Positions 9,908 through 19,507 of a DNA stretch of 64,000 nt are shown here, in pieces (position 1 is the stretch's first letter; each line of letters opens with the position of its first letter). Under the pieces are notes generated by a model that worked only from the letters and a program-made list of their open reading frames with translations, was not told the DNA's origin and made no database searches. The DNA lies in the NCBI GenBank assembly GCA_039738415.1, contig JBCLLY010000001.1:53621-117620 (forward strand), written 5' to 3'. The position numbers were made by a program, and so were the translations under genes. Source of the DNA: Candidatus Levyibacteriota bacterium (GTDB lineage: Bacteria > Patescibacteriota > Microgenomatia > Levybacterales > GWA1-39-11).

Positions 9908-10639
9908 TTAAACCCCAACCTCCTCTCTATATGTTTTTCCGATTTCAAAATATAAATTAACAAATGTGCGCACGCGCGCCTCAGTCACAGAACCGTTTTG
10001 AATTATTTCACCTAATCTTCTGTGCATTTCTGCCAAAGGAATTGCTCTTAATTTGAGGCTTGCGGTAACAAAATAATTGTGCCTATAAGGCAAAACTGAA
10101 GGGAAAAAATCTTCTGCTTCAATTGGCACTTCTATCCTTTTATAATGAAAATCTGAGAAATCTGTTCTACTTATTTCATGCTCCCATTCACCATTTTTAT
10201 CAAAATAATGTATCTTTTCTGAACCAATGACTACCCCTCCATTATTAGGTAGTTTAACTTTAATATCTCTGTCTCTTCCAATCTCTATTGCTGGCAAATT
10301 ACTGACAAGCTTCTCAGTAATTTCAACCTTACTTATTCCATGAGGGGTCGACAATACTGCTTCCTGAAGAAATTCTGCCGTTTGTGGGCTTATTTGAGGA
10401 CGGATATTGCATTGCCAATCAAAAACTTCACCTTTATTATCTACACATCTTGAAAGAGAAAATGAATTCCCCCTCGATGTTCTACCATTTCTAATAATTT
10501 CACCCAAATCAGCTGAGCCTCTTTGTTCAACAATCCAATCTTCACCTAAAATCCTAGCATCTGGAAATCTGGAATCATAGGACACAACAACCATTCCCAC
10601 TTCCCTTGCTCTATTAAAATCTGAAAATTCTGGAGTCAT
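9908..10639 (-). CDS. hypothetical protein
   Basis: 243-aa ORF between uppS and era. Confidence 0.65.
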   Translation of the reverse strand: MTPEFSDFNRAREVGMVVVSYDSRFPDARILGEDWIVEQRGSADLGEIIRNGRTSRGNSFSLSRCVDNKGEVFDWQCNIRPQISPQTAEFLQEAVLSTPHGISKVEITEKLVSNLPAIEIGRDRDIKVKLPNNGGVVIGSEKIHYFDKNGEWEHEISRTDFSDFHYKRIEVPIEAEDFFPSVLPYRHNYFVTASLKLRAIPLAEMHRRLGEIIQNGSVTEARVRTFVNLYFEIGKTYREEVGV

Positions 10640-10684
10640 AATAACAATTATACCTTATTATAGGATATTATTCAACTTATGCAC

Positions 10685-11479
10685 TTATAAAGTAGCTACT
10701 TTTGGTCTTTCCGCGTTCGTGCGAGGTTCGCCCCCTGGTCTGCCACCAAGTCGTCTTTCTCTTTTTGAAAAATCAATTATCGCCTCAACTATATCTTTTG
10801 AACCTGAGTTTGGCAAAAGCTTTTCTATAAAATATAACTCGGAGTTGGTGCAAAGCCATCCCAAATCCGAAGTTCTTTTCTCACCCGAAGTTCTAACTAC
10901 CAAATCCGCCGGAGGTATTTCTCCTCCCCCGTCTCTGTATTTAATTAAAATTTCAGGTGTTATTTCCTTTACTTTATCCGCAAGCATTTTTTTATAAATC
11001 CTAAGCTCCTGATCTGCCCCTGAATAATCAACTGCAAGGGAGAATACTGTGCCCGTATTTTTTGCGGTCATTTTTTCAGCTTTTTCAAACCGCTCTCTTA
11101 AATACTCAGGAATTCTATCCTTTCTGCCGATATGAACTATCCTGCCGTTTTTTTCCATCGCATCCGGAATCATTTCCTTTAACGTACTATCAATTACCTT
11201 CATTATTCCATCTGCTTCCTCGCGCGTTCTGGACCAGTTATCAGCCGAAAATCCCCAAATGGTAACGTATTTTATAGGAAGCTGCCATAAATCGTTATAA
11301 ATACGCTTTATTGCCTCAGCACCGGCTCTATGCCCGGCTGTAATACTTTTTTGAGCAAGCTTTGCCCAACGCCCATTTCCATCAGGAATTAAAAGAAAAT
11401 GCTTTGGAAATTTTTCAGTAGGAACTTTTTTTAGTTCTGGAAATTTTTCCCAGACCGTTTTTTCAGTTTTTGAGAACAT
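10685..11479 (-). CDS. uppS: isoprenyl transferase (undecaprenyl diphosphate synthase)
   Basis: IPDGNGRWA, GH, FSADNWSR, RTSGEKRTS. Confidence 0.95.
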   Translation of the reverse strand: MFSKTEKTVWEKFPELKKVPTEKFPKHFLLIPDGNGRWAKLAQKSITAGHRAGAEAIKRIYNDLWQLPIKYVTIWGFSADNWSRTREEADGIMKVIDSTLKEMIPDAMEKNGRIVHIGRKDRIPEYLRERFEKAEKMTAKNTGTVFSLAVDYSGADQELRIYKKMLADKVKEITPEILIKYRDGGGEIPPADLVVRTSGEKRTSDLGWLCTNSELYFIEKLLPNSGSKDIVEAIIDFSKRERRLGGRPGGEPRTNAERPKVATL

Positions 11480-11542
11480 AAAAATTTGTTACAGGTTTAT
11501 ATTTTACTAAATGTGAAAATAAAGTACAAATCCTATTACATT

Positions 11543-12202
11543 TTAAATATAACGTGCGATAAATTGCGTTCTGTGAGAAAAACTGGGACCAAATTCCTTA
11601 AGCGCATTCCGATGATTTAAGGTTCCATAACCTTTATGCGCTTCAAATCCGTATTCTGGATATTTGGCAGATAAATCAGTCATCACTTTATCACGCTCAA
11701 CTTTTGCGATAATTGAGGCAGCGGCAATTGAAATACTGCGGCTATCCCCTCTTATTATCCCTTTTTGCTTGCCCGCCATAGCCTTGGCGGCGGCGGGAGA
11801 AAACATTTTATCTGGAATTTGGAACGCATCAATAAGAAGGTATGGATTTTGTATTTTTCGAAACAATTCTTCAGCCACCTCTCTCATACCTTCATATGTT
11901 GCCTTACCAATTCCGATTTTATTTATTGTTGAAACAGGGATTAAACTTATGTGCCAACATTGAGCTAATTTTTTTATGACCAAACTCAACTCTTCGCGCC
12001 TTTTCTTAGAAAGCTTTTTTGAATCATTGATGCCAATGGAAAGTAAATATTCCTTTTCTTTTTGTTTTAAATTTGAAGAAAAAACTACTCCTCCAACCCC
12101 AACCGGTCCGGCAAAAGCACCTCTGCCTACCTCATCAATACCTATTACTGAAAAACCCTGATCCCACAATGGAGTCTCGTAAGACAAATCGGGAAGTATC
12201 AT
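11543..12202 (-). CDS. rnhB: ribonuclease HII
   Basis: GIDEVGRGAFAGPV, DSKKL, IAAASIIAKVERD, HKGYGT. Confidence 0.97.
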   Translation of the reverse strand: MILPDLSYETPLWDQGFSVIGIDEVGRGAFAGPVGVGGVVFSSNLKQKEKEYLLSIGINDSKKLSKKRREELSLVIKKLAQCWHISLIPVSTINKIGIGKATYEGMREVAEELFRKIQNPYLLIDAFQIPDKMFSPAAAKAMAGKQKGIIRGDSRSISIAAASIIAKVERDKVMTDLSAKYPEYGFEAHKGYGTLNHRNALKEFGPSFSHRTQFIARYI

Positions 12203-12404
12203 AAATTTAGTATATCAAAAGGAAATATCCATTTTGTCCCATGTATCGATTATCCTATCACAACAATCCACCCCTTCAGTTAAGCACCGCAAGCGACGAT
12301 AAGAAATACCTAGTCCCCTTGTGGGGCAATAGTTAGTACCAATGGGGTATATAGTCCTTAATCAGAACCGAAATTGAAAATAGTTAAAGTGGGTGGAATT
12401 GGGA

Positions 12405-12432
12405 GGCGTCCCGAGTTTTACCTCGGGACGCC
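12405..12432 (-). terminator. GC-rich hairpin after the NUDIX gene
   Basis: perfect 11-bp stem GGCGTCCCGAG/CTCGGGACGCC with 6-nt loop; U-tract weak. Confidence 0.55.
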
Positions 12433-12448
12433 GGATCTGTTGAAAGTG

Positions 12449-13210
12449 TTAGTTGATAGTGACAACCCCTTCCCGAAAGAAAAGTGTGTGGTTGGCCTCA
12501 AGGTGGGCAAGGAGCCGTAGGAGGCCGCTGTGGATGAATTGATCACCCTCTGAAGCTAGCCCTTTGAGGCTGAACGGCACGAAAACGCACCGTTTGATGC
12601 CCTCGTAAGCATCAATCATGCCTGCCTCTGCGATCACGTAGTTGTCTCCTTCCGCAGGCTCGAGAGCATCGAAAGGAACACGGTTGGCCATCATGGCAAT
12701 GCCATCAGGCTGGTTTTCTTCGTGATTGTAGGTCAAAAAGAAAGTAGAATTCGGGTTGATCCCGTCCCCACTCAACGCGAAAAACGTGTTTTCATCCGAC
12801 GAGTACCCCGTTTCCTCGAGACCTTCCCGTTGGGCGGTCTGAAGAACGGTTTCGTAGCGGTCGCGCATTCCTCGAGGCAGTTCTGTGACAGTGTTTCCTT
12901 CACGCGGATCGCGGAAAGGCCGTCGTACCTCAACGGTACCTATGTACACCCTACCATCCGGATGGATAGCAAGGGGTACGATGACAACACCGCCGCCGTG
13001 AACCTCACGATATACGGGCTGCGACCACTTGCCGTCGGGGTGACTACCCCAATCCAACTGATGCCCTTGCGACTCATTGATTAGAGTCAAATGGCTCAGA
13101 TGGATTTCCACCCCGTCAGAAAAGATCCTCCACCGCTGGTTGTAACCTGCAGGTAGAGGGTTCGGAACGGAATGAAGCAATGGTATCGGAACTTGGGAAC
13201 TGTTGGACAC
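12449..13210 (-). CDS. NUDIX hydrolase family protein
   Basis: ELPRG...TAQREGLEETG Nudix box; GAGGAGG precedes GTG at 13210; visibly GC-richer than its flanks. Confidence 0.8.
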   Translation of the reverse strand: MSNSSQVPIPLLHSVPNPLPAGYNQRWRIFSDGVEIHLSHLTLINESQGHQLDWGSHPDGKWSQPVYREVHGGGVVIVPLAIHPDGRVYIGTVEVRRPFRDPREGNTVTELPRGMRDRYETVLQTAQREGLEETGYSSDENTFFALSGDGINPNSTFFLTYNHEENQPDGIAMMANRVPFDALEPAEGDNYVIAEAGMIDAYEGIKRCVFVPFSLKGLASEGDQFIHSGLLRLLAHLEANHTLFFREGVVTIN

Positions 13211-13531
13211 AATGGTCCTCCTCAAATAATTTCTCCTTAACGGAGAATTCGTCCACTAAATATAATGGAAAAATTCCCCGCAAGGAGTTTGCTTTCAACA
13301 GATTTTTAATGTGCCTTTGTACAATAAAAACCGGAGCTGTTCCAGCTTCTTATACAAAACAAGATATTCTACCTGAAAATCAGCTAAATGTCAATATTAT
13401 AGGATTCAATATTATGGGTTTTGAGCCTAAATCAGTGAGTGTATTAAAAAAGCTTTCTATCTATTATTGAACAAATATTTAAGAAGATTCGAAAGATTGA
13501 GTAATATCATCCTTGAGACTATAATCTCATT

Positions 13532-14206
13532 ATGAGCGCAGAATTTTTTTTCCAACACCACCCCCCTGTCCCTGAACTAAAACTCGCTATTGAGTCAAAC
13601 ATAAGAGAACAAGGCTCTAAAGACGAACCGGTAATTTATCTCGCGAAAAAACTTGCAGAATTTGCCGAAGAAGGATTACATACAGTAAATAATAGATTAG
13701 CTAATCAATATAAATATCTCCATCCCCATAAATTTAGAGATACCCTTTTTGCAATAACAAAGCTAGATAATGCTTATATTATTTTTTCAAATACAATTGT
13801 ATCGTTAGATGATGCTTTTAAGACGGGTAAATTTAATAATGCAGAATTTGAAAGAAGGATAAGAAAAGCATATGCAGGAACACCTTTTCGTTTTGAGGAT
13901 ATTGGTCTGCCACCTGTTGAGGAAATAAGTTCTGAATTTCTTGATACACAAAAATTAATGAGGGAAAAGGATCCAACATTCACCACATTCTTGCAAAATC
14001 CCCGCTGGCTTCCTGCTGGTCATCGACAAAGGCTTGAGGATATGGGAATATTGGATTTTTTCGCAAGACAAGGAATAATAGAGAGATGGAACAGCACTGC
14101 TATGAGTGCAGTCAATCTTTGCTCCGTACTACCTGAAAATGAATCTCTTGGGTTAGACTATAAACCAGATGAAGAATATATAGTGCAATTACTTAGAAAT
14201 TTTTAA
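13532..14206 (+). CDS. hypothetical protein
   Basis: 224-aa ORF; TATAAT at 13520-13525. Confidence 0.65.
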   Translation: MSAEFFFQHHPPVPELKLAIESNIREQGSKDEPVIYLAKKLAEFAEEGLHTVNNRLANQYKYLHPHKFRDTLFAITKLDNAYIIFSNTIVSLDDAFKTGKFNNAEFERRIRKAYAGTPFRFEDIGLPPVEEISSEFLDTQKLMREKDPTFTTFLQNPRWLPAGHRQRLEDMGILDFFARQGIIERWNSTAMSAVNLCSVLPENESLGLDYKPDEEYIVQLLRNF

Positions 14207-14452
14207 AACACCTAACACCCTCTTATACAAATACACCAGTAGTAAAATTATCAGAATTCCAAATATAGTATAAAAGTATGACAGATAATTATCCTTTAAC
14301 CTCCATAAGCTTGAAGAAACGAATAATTTTGCAAACTTATCAAAATAGAAAAATACGATAGGATGAAGCGCAAAAAGAGCCAGGCCGGTTCATCAGGAAA
14401 ATTAACAGTTTTTACAGTTGTTCTTGTGGATGTTAATGTAATTACAGTCAGA

Positions 14453-15184
14453 TTATATCGCTTTTCCAGTAAATTTTACTTTTTTCGCAAATTTAAAGCT
14501 TCTTTCAATCCCCTCAAGGATGGCTTGTTTTTGCTCAGTAGAATAATCTGTATTTTTATTCACTCTTTCTGAAAGTCCTTGAGAATACTCTTCAAATCCA
14601 TCCTCACCGTTATTCAGGTAATACGCAAAACTTAATCGGGCTAGAGGATGAAAGTGTAGCACAATGCCAGCGTCAGTCCACGTAACTCCCTTACCCTCCA
14701 ACCATTCTTTTATTTCAGTGTTCAATGCTGTTTTTTGAGTGGGCGAAATTTCTGGCTCGGCTGGAAGTAACTCAAAATCCCCTCTTCTTGTTTTTGCAAG
14801 GGCAAAAGCAAAGCCAATTTTATATCCGTCTTGATAATGATTCAACGGACTTTTACCGAGATGTTTGTACTCGTCACTTTTAGGAACATTTAACCTCATG
14901 CCATCGGAAAGTCCTTCGATGCCGGAAGTGCCTTCAACTTTTGGATCTTGCACTACTATATGCATAAAACTTTCGTGAATACCAATCTGGTCAGGTTGGG
15001 TAATTCCAATTTCAGCAAGTCTCTTTACAACCGAATTCATGTAGCCCATGATGTATGCCGTTGCTATTTCCGGTGATGTTATTCCTCTTACTGCATCAAC
15101 CACAATCGGTTTACCCGCCTCTGCTCGGTGCACACCTTGTTCATATCTATGAAGCATTTTTCCAGCAAAATTACCTCTTTCCAT
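14453..15184 (-). CDS. hypothetical protein
   Basis: 243-aa ORF with a -10-like TATAAT shortly upstream. Confidence 0.65.
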   Translation of the reverse strand: MERGNFAGKMLHRYEQGVHRAEAGKPIVVDAVRGITSPEIATAYIMGYMNSVVKRLAEIGITQPDQIGIHESFMHIVVQDPKVEGTSGIEGLSDGMRLNVPKSDEYKHLGKSPLNHYQDGYKIGFAFALAKTRRGDFELLPAEPEISPTQKTALNTEIKEWLEGKGVTWTDAGIVLHFHPLARLSFAYYLNNGEDGFEEYSQGLSERVNKNTDYSTEQKQAILEGIERSFKFAKKVKFTGKAI

Positions 15185-15249
15185 GACGGTATTATATAAT
15201 AATTATCAGCTAAAGCATACATTATGTAAATAAACATTTTTATATGTCA

Positions 15250-15520
15250 TGAGCGGCTGGATGGCTCTGCTGCGCCCGCTCATTCGAGTCTGAGCCTGAG
15301 GGCTTCGGCCGTGAGCTCAGCCGAATCGGCTCTTCCCTCAGAGTCGAAGATCTGCGGAGGGAGTCTGTCGAAGGGTTAGGACTTATTATTTAACGGAACA
15401 AGCGATAACTTTTAAGTAAACCAAGTCGTTTCCAACAGCGCTGTCATCGCGAGGCTACGAAGTAGACGGGGCGGTCTCATGAGATTGCTTTGTTACACTC
15501 CCTCCAAAGGCGGGCACAGC
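15250..15520. repeat. cluster of GC-rich REP-like palindromes
   Basis: CTGAG..GTCGAAG, CTTCGGCCGTGAGCTCAGCCGAA and GTCATCGCGAG...GAGATTGCT; related motifs recur across the window. Confidence 0.65.
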
Positions 15521-15554
15521 AGGGTAAACTTCTCATCCATTCAGCTTTATATTT

Positions 15555-15584
15555 AAAAAAACCAGACAAAAGTCTGGCTTTTTT
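15555..15584. terminator. intrinsic terminator downstream of tRNA-Trp
   Basis: A-tract CCAGAC AAAA GTCTGG T-tract. Confidence 0.75.
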
Positions 15585-15589
15585 AAATG

Positions 15590-15660
15590 CAGGGCCGGAT
15601 GGAATCGAACCATCTTCAAAAGTTTTGGAGACTTCTATTCTACCGGTAAACTACGGCCCT
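15590..15660 (-). tRNA. tRNA-Trp(CCA)
   Basis: AGGGCCG/CGGCCCT acceptor, CTCCAAA anticodon loop, GGTTCGATTCC T-arm. Confidence 0.95.
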
Positions 15661-15791
15661 AAGGTTTTAAAGTACTGCTATACATTATATTTCATCTCTT
15701 ACCTCAAGTAAATCAAAAGTCCATACAATAACACCCGGCAGTTCTACATATCCTACAGAGACCCTACATACCCTATCATTTTTAATCTTGT

Positions 15792-15815
15792 GTATCATAT
15801 ATTAATATATAATAC
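15792..15815. promoter_or_regulatory. 24-bp palindrome copy 1 (1 mismatch)
   Basis: GTATCATATATTAATATATAATAC. Confidence 0.75.
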
Positions 15816-15855
15816 AATACCCTCAAATACCAAACAACATTCACTAAGCAGTAAA

Positions 15856-16248
15856 TTACGGCTTCATTCTACCCGAGGCAGCGCTAAGAGAATATGAGGC
15901 AAAGTCAACAAGAACTTTTTTTAACTCCTGCATTATTTTATCTTCATTTATTTTATTACGAGCAATTTCAAAACCCCTAGGTCGTAGGTTTAAAAATAGC
16001 TGCATCCTGTTTATGGTTATCTTTGTAACTCCTAGTGCTTCTGAAATCGCAGCATCATCAATCCCTTCTTGCAAGAGTGTTATAATCGCCAAACGCTTGG
16101 CAAGCATTATGCGTTCAGTTTCTGATAGTATTGAAAAGAGAAATTCTTTAGTTTCATTATTATTTAACTTCCCCAGAACCATTGCAAATACTTGTAAAAT
16201 TTCCTTCTTCGTCCTGGGGTCAAGTTCTCGTGGTGATAAATGCGGCAT
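15856..16248 (-). CDS. TrpR-like (YerC/YecD family) DNA-binding protein
   Basis: ILSETERIMLAKRLAIITLL...ISEALGVTKITINR HTH; start at MPHLS. Confidence 0.85.
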   Translation of the reverse strand: MPHLSPRELDPRTKKEILQVFAMVLGKLNNNETKEFLFSILSETERIMLAKRLAIITLLQEGIDDAAISEALGVTKITINRMQLFLNLRPRGFEIARNKINEDKIMQELKKVLVDFASYSLSAASGRMKP

Positions 16249-16253
16249 ATTTC

Positions 16254-16284
16254 TATCATATATTAATATATGATATATCGTCAA
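16254..16284 (-). promoter_or_regulatory. promoter of the TrpR-like gene overlapped by palindrome copy 2
   Basis: TTGACG-N18-TATGAT, 6 nt before ATG; perfect 22-bp core TATCATATATTAATATATGATA at 16254-16275. Confidence 0.7.
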
Positions 16285-16737
16285 GCTACTTTAAGTAAAC
16301 AATTATGGAAGAATAGCAATGTACTTAAATGTACTTAAATGTGCTTATAAGAGAATCTCTCCTTGTCTTCCATAAGCCATATATAGAACAAGGTCTTTAA
16401 CTTTCTAAAAATTCGCGTTTTAATATTAAAGACGAGGCGAAAACCAAAATAAAAATTAAGCAGTTTATGATTAAATCTACCCCAACCTTTCTATTGGAAA
16501 ATCTTCAACTACTCGTTTGTGAATTATATATCGATATATAATTCACTGATATAAAAGGCTAATTTGAATATTGACACTCTGGTTGAACACTATTTAAAAG
16601 CTAAAAATCTGCTCTACCACCGGCAGCTTTTATGGAATATGAGGCTAATCTCACTAACATGTTTTTTATTTCTCTCATTGCCTGATCCTGATTTATTTTA
16701 GACATAGGCAGTTCAATTTTGCTATGATATAACCTAA

Positions 16738-17406
16738 GTGGAAAAAGTAAAAAAGCATATCAAGGAAAAACAGCTCACTGTCTCAAGGCACTGGAAATCC
16801 CTCCTGATTTTTGGTGTTGTATTTTTCACTATATTTATAATTTTTACCTTCATGGTTAGAGCAAATATGCTAACTGCTTTTGACTTTGATGCAACAGTAA
16901 GACTTCAAGACGATATTCCACTAAGATTTGACTCCTTCTTTTCAACGATTTCCATTCTCGGACGGTTTGAGTACACTTTTGGGGCATTTGTATTTGCTTT
17001 ACTATTTAGAAGACGAATTTTAGGCATAATCCCCTTCTTCTTATTTGGATTCGCGCACGTAATTGAGTTAATCGGAAAAACTATTTTAGAACATCCGGGA
17101 CCACCCCGTATGTTTTTACGCTCTCAATTCGGCGATTTCCCTGGACTTTATGTGTTTACAAATGGGTCTTATCCATCGGGTCATTCTCTACGGATAGTAT
17201 TTCTATCAATCGTATTTACTTACTTTATATTTAATTTTAAAAGACTTCCAAAACATATTAGGTTTGCGCTTTTTGCGCTTATCTTCGCGGTATTTTTTAT
17301 AATGCTCATATCCCGTGTAAGCTTGGGCGAACACTGGACAACCGATGTTATAGGGGGGTCACTTCTGGGTGCTTCTTTTGCCTTCTTAGCGCTAATTTTT
17401 CTTTAA
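16738..17406 (+). CDS. PAP2 family membrane phosphatase
   Basis: K-x6-PP, YPSGH and SRVSLGEHWTTDV motifs; TM helices. Confidence 0.9.
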   Translation: MEKVKKHIKEKQLTVSRHWKSLLIFGVVFFTIFIIFTFMVRANMLTAFDFDATVRLQDDIPLRFDSFFSTISILGRFEYTFGAFVFALLFRRRILGIIPFFLFGFAHVIELIGKTILEHPGPPRMFLRSQFGDFPGLYVFTNGSYPSGHSLRIVFLSIVFTYFIFNFKRLPKHIRFALFALIFAVFFIMLISRVSLGEHWTTDVIGGSLLGASFAFLALIFL

Positions 17407-17415
17407 AATAGAGGG

Positions 17416-17589
17416 TTACTTCAGCTTATCTTCTTCCTTGTGCGCCGTCTTTTTTTTGCAAGTACGACAGTACTTTACCAATTGAAGCTTTTCAGGTGTA
17501 TTTATCTTATTTCTACTAGTAATGTAATTGCGTCGTTTACAAACTTTACAATCAAGCCCTAATTTTAGTCTTGTACCTTTTTTTGCCAT
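17416..17589 (-). CDS. rpmG: 50S ribosomal protein L33 (Zn-binding type; below the ORF-track cutoff)
   Basis: hand translation MAKKGTRLKLGLDCKVCKRRNYITSRNKINTPEKLQLVKYCRTCKKKTAHKEEDKLK. Confidence 0.95.
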   Translation of the reverse strand: MAKKGTRLKLGLDCKVCKRRNYITSRNKINTPEKLQLVKYCRTCKKKTAHKEEDKLK

Positions 17590-17678
17590 GAGGGTAATTA
17601 TAAATTATAAACTTTAAATTAGCAATATATTTGAAGGTATTTAATGTCAGTTAATCCGAGATAATCTTGAATCCTAAA

Positions 17679-17762
17679 TCTTAGGTCTTAAGTCTTAGGT
17701 CTCAAGTCTTAGGTCTTAAGTCTTAGGTCTCAAGTCTCAGGTCTTAAGTCTTAGGTCTTGAG
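17679..17762. repeat. heptamer tandem array TCTYARG x12
   Basis: TCTTAGG/TCTTAAG/TCTCAAG units. Confidence 0.92.
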
Positions 17763-17774
17763 CATTACACTATT

Positions 17775-18043
17775 TGAGCCTTCGGTCCCGCTTAGCGGGA
17801 CGACCTAGTTCTTATCCCAGTCGTTTCTTGTCGCGCAAAAAATGAGCCCAAAGGGGGAATCGGACCCCCGACCTAGTTCTTACCAAGAACTCGCTCTACC
17901 ACTGAGCCATTTGGGCATACGCGCGACTTAGAACGACGGGATCCCGTACATCTAAGCCAATTCTATCAAATTGGCAAGATGGTACTGGGGCCAAGAACTC
18001 GCTCGGACCCTGTCCGCCTCTGGCGGAACTGAGCCATGCCGGC
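17775..18043 (-). pseudogene. ghost tRNA-Thr(GGT) split at the anticodon and enclosing the intact tRNA-Thr
   Basis: 5' half 18043-17991 ends GAGTTCTTGG; 3' half 17814-17775 starts TAAGAACTAGGTCG; D- and T-arm positions carry hairpins. Confidence 0.75.
17845..17916 (-). tRNA. tRNA-Thr(GGT)
   Basis: GCCCAAA/TTTGGGC acceptor, GTTCT-TGGTA-AGAAC anticodon arm, GGTCCGATTCC T-arm. Confidence 0.92.
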
Positions 18044-18154
18044 AACACTAGGCTATTTTATCAATAAGAATTACTAAAAACTAGACCTTGAATATATACT
18101 TTACGGATAGATTGGCTTGAAGGTAAACATATATTCAGGTAAAATATAGTTTGT

Positions 18155-18231
18155 GCTGCGATGGCGGATCACCGCCCTAGCGGGACAAGGTGGTCAATCG
18201 CATCCCGACGTTACGTCGGGGCGCCCGTTTG
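18155..18231 (+). pseudogene. ghost tRNA-Tyr 5' part with hairpin substitutions
   Basis: GCTGCGATGGCGGA..GTGGTCAATCGCA..CGCCCGTTTG blocks identical to 18485-18569. Confidence 0.8.
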
Positions 18232-18235
18232 CAAT

Positions 18236-18478
18236 ATGTATTATATTTATATATTAGTAAACTCAAGTGAAAAATATTACGTTGGAAGCACATCGCAGAT
18301 TGGAAAGAGACTAAAAAAACATAACGATGGCGGAGCTATTTGGACAAAAAAATACAGACCTTGGAAATTAATATACAGTGAGGAATTTGAACTAAAATCT
18401 GAAGCTGTAAAAAGAGAAAAACAAATAAAAGCTTATAAAGGCGGAAATGCATTTAAAAAACTTGTAAATAAAAAATAA
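18236..18478 (+). CDS. GIY-YIG nuclease (small UPF0213-like)
   Basis: YYIYIL...YYVGST...RLKKHN...WTKKYRPWKLIYSE...AVKREKQIK. Confidence 0.93.
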   Translation: MYYIYILVNSSEKYYVGSTSQIGKRLKKHNDGGAIWTKKYRPWKLIYSEEFELKSEAVKREKQIKAYKGGNAFKKLVNKK

Positions 18479-18484
18479 TCTAGT

Positions 18485-18569
18485 GCTGCGATGGCGGAGT
18501 GGTCAATCGCAACAGACTGTAAATCTGTCGCCCGTTTGGGCTACGTAGGTTCAAATCCTACTCGCAGCA
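18485..18569 (+). tRNA. tRNA-Tyr(GTA)
   Basis: GCTGCGA/TCGCAGC acceptor, ACAGA-CTGTAAA-TCTGT anticodon arm, long variable arm, GGTTCAAATCC. Confidence 0.96.
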
Positions 18570-18588
18570 CAAATAGTTAAGATTGCTC

Positions 18589-18664
18589 AGTGGTCAATCG
18601 CATCCCGACGTTACGTCGGGGCGCCCGTTTGGGCTACGTTCCGCCAAGGCGGAACTCGCAGCAC
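18589..18664 (+). pseudogene. ghost tRNA-Tyr with anticodon arm and T-arm replaced by hairpins
   Basis: AGTGGTCAATCGCA-[TCCCGACGTTACGTCGGGG]-CGCCCGTTTGGGCTACGT-[TCCGCCAAGGCGGA]-ACTCGCAGCAC. Confidence 0.85.
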
Positions 18665-19507
18665 ACATTCAGTATTCGGTATTAAAGCATTAGTATATTA
18701 AAAGATTAAAAAACTTCCCCTCTACCACTTTTTAGAAAGTGACGAACATAAATCCCATAATGATTTCCTAAGCACTGGCAAGAAATCTTTATACTTAGAC
18801 TACAGGATGTTTATAACCTGTGGACAAATTTAACTATGAGTTTATTCTCTATCTATAGGATAGTTTGGGGGATTATTGAGGTAATCTCTGGTCTGAAGAA
18901 TCCTTTTTGCAGCCTTTTTGGGGTCATCTACCTGTATTCCGTGTCCACCCTTAATCATTAAAACTACATCTATGGGCGGTGGGGATTGATTCGTAGGTTC
19001 ATATACATTAATTGTTTCGTCAGCAAGGGGACGCCTTGCAAATGGCATAAGGACGGGCTGTTTGGAAATCCTCAAAAAACCTGAAGCTATAGTATCGTCA
19101 ATATCTACTGCAATAAATTGGCAGCACTTCTGTCCTCTGTCAGTATTTGCCTAACAAATTCAGGCCTTGCGATAGTTCATGAGAAATAAGGTGAGGGTTG
19201 GATTTTTTTGAAGTGAAATCGATTTTCTATTTTTTTATGCCTGATTTGACACTACTTCTCATGAGACGCAAGCTTTTGGCTCAAATACTATCTTGCGTAA
19301 CTTGCTAAGAAAAAGTACACGAATTGTCTTCCTCTCCATCTCAATTTCCTAATAACTGCTGTCATACCCCATCACCCCCTCTCTATTAATATGCAAATAG
19401 CCCAATATGCAAATTTCAAATGGGTCATTTGAATTAATTAACTTGTTAATTTTTATTGATTTCATAATTAATGCTTTAACCTTCTAATCTTTTAATTTTT
19501 AAATCTT

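Noticed and set aside
15590-16284. Tryptophan regulon suggested by TrpR-like gene beside tRNA-Trp
   Set aside because: No trp biosynthesis genes; YerC-type proteins are not known Trp sensors; adjacency may be chance.
17815-17990. Group I or archaeal-type tRNA intron in the anticodon
   Set aside because: No recognisable group I core or BHB motif, and the flanking halves have damaged D/T arms, so splicing would not give a functional tRNA.
18842-19370. Short ORF fragments downstream of tRNA-Tyr
   Set aside because: Possibly a decayed gene, but no recognisable homology supports a call.
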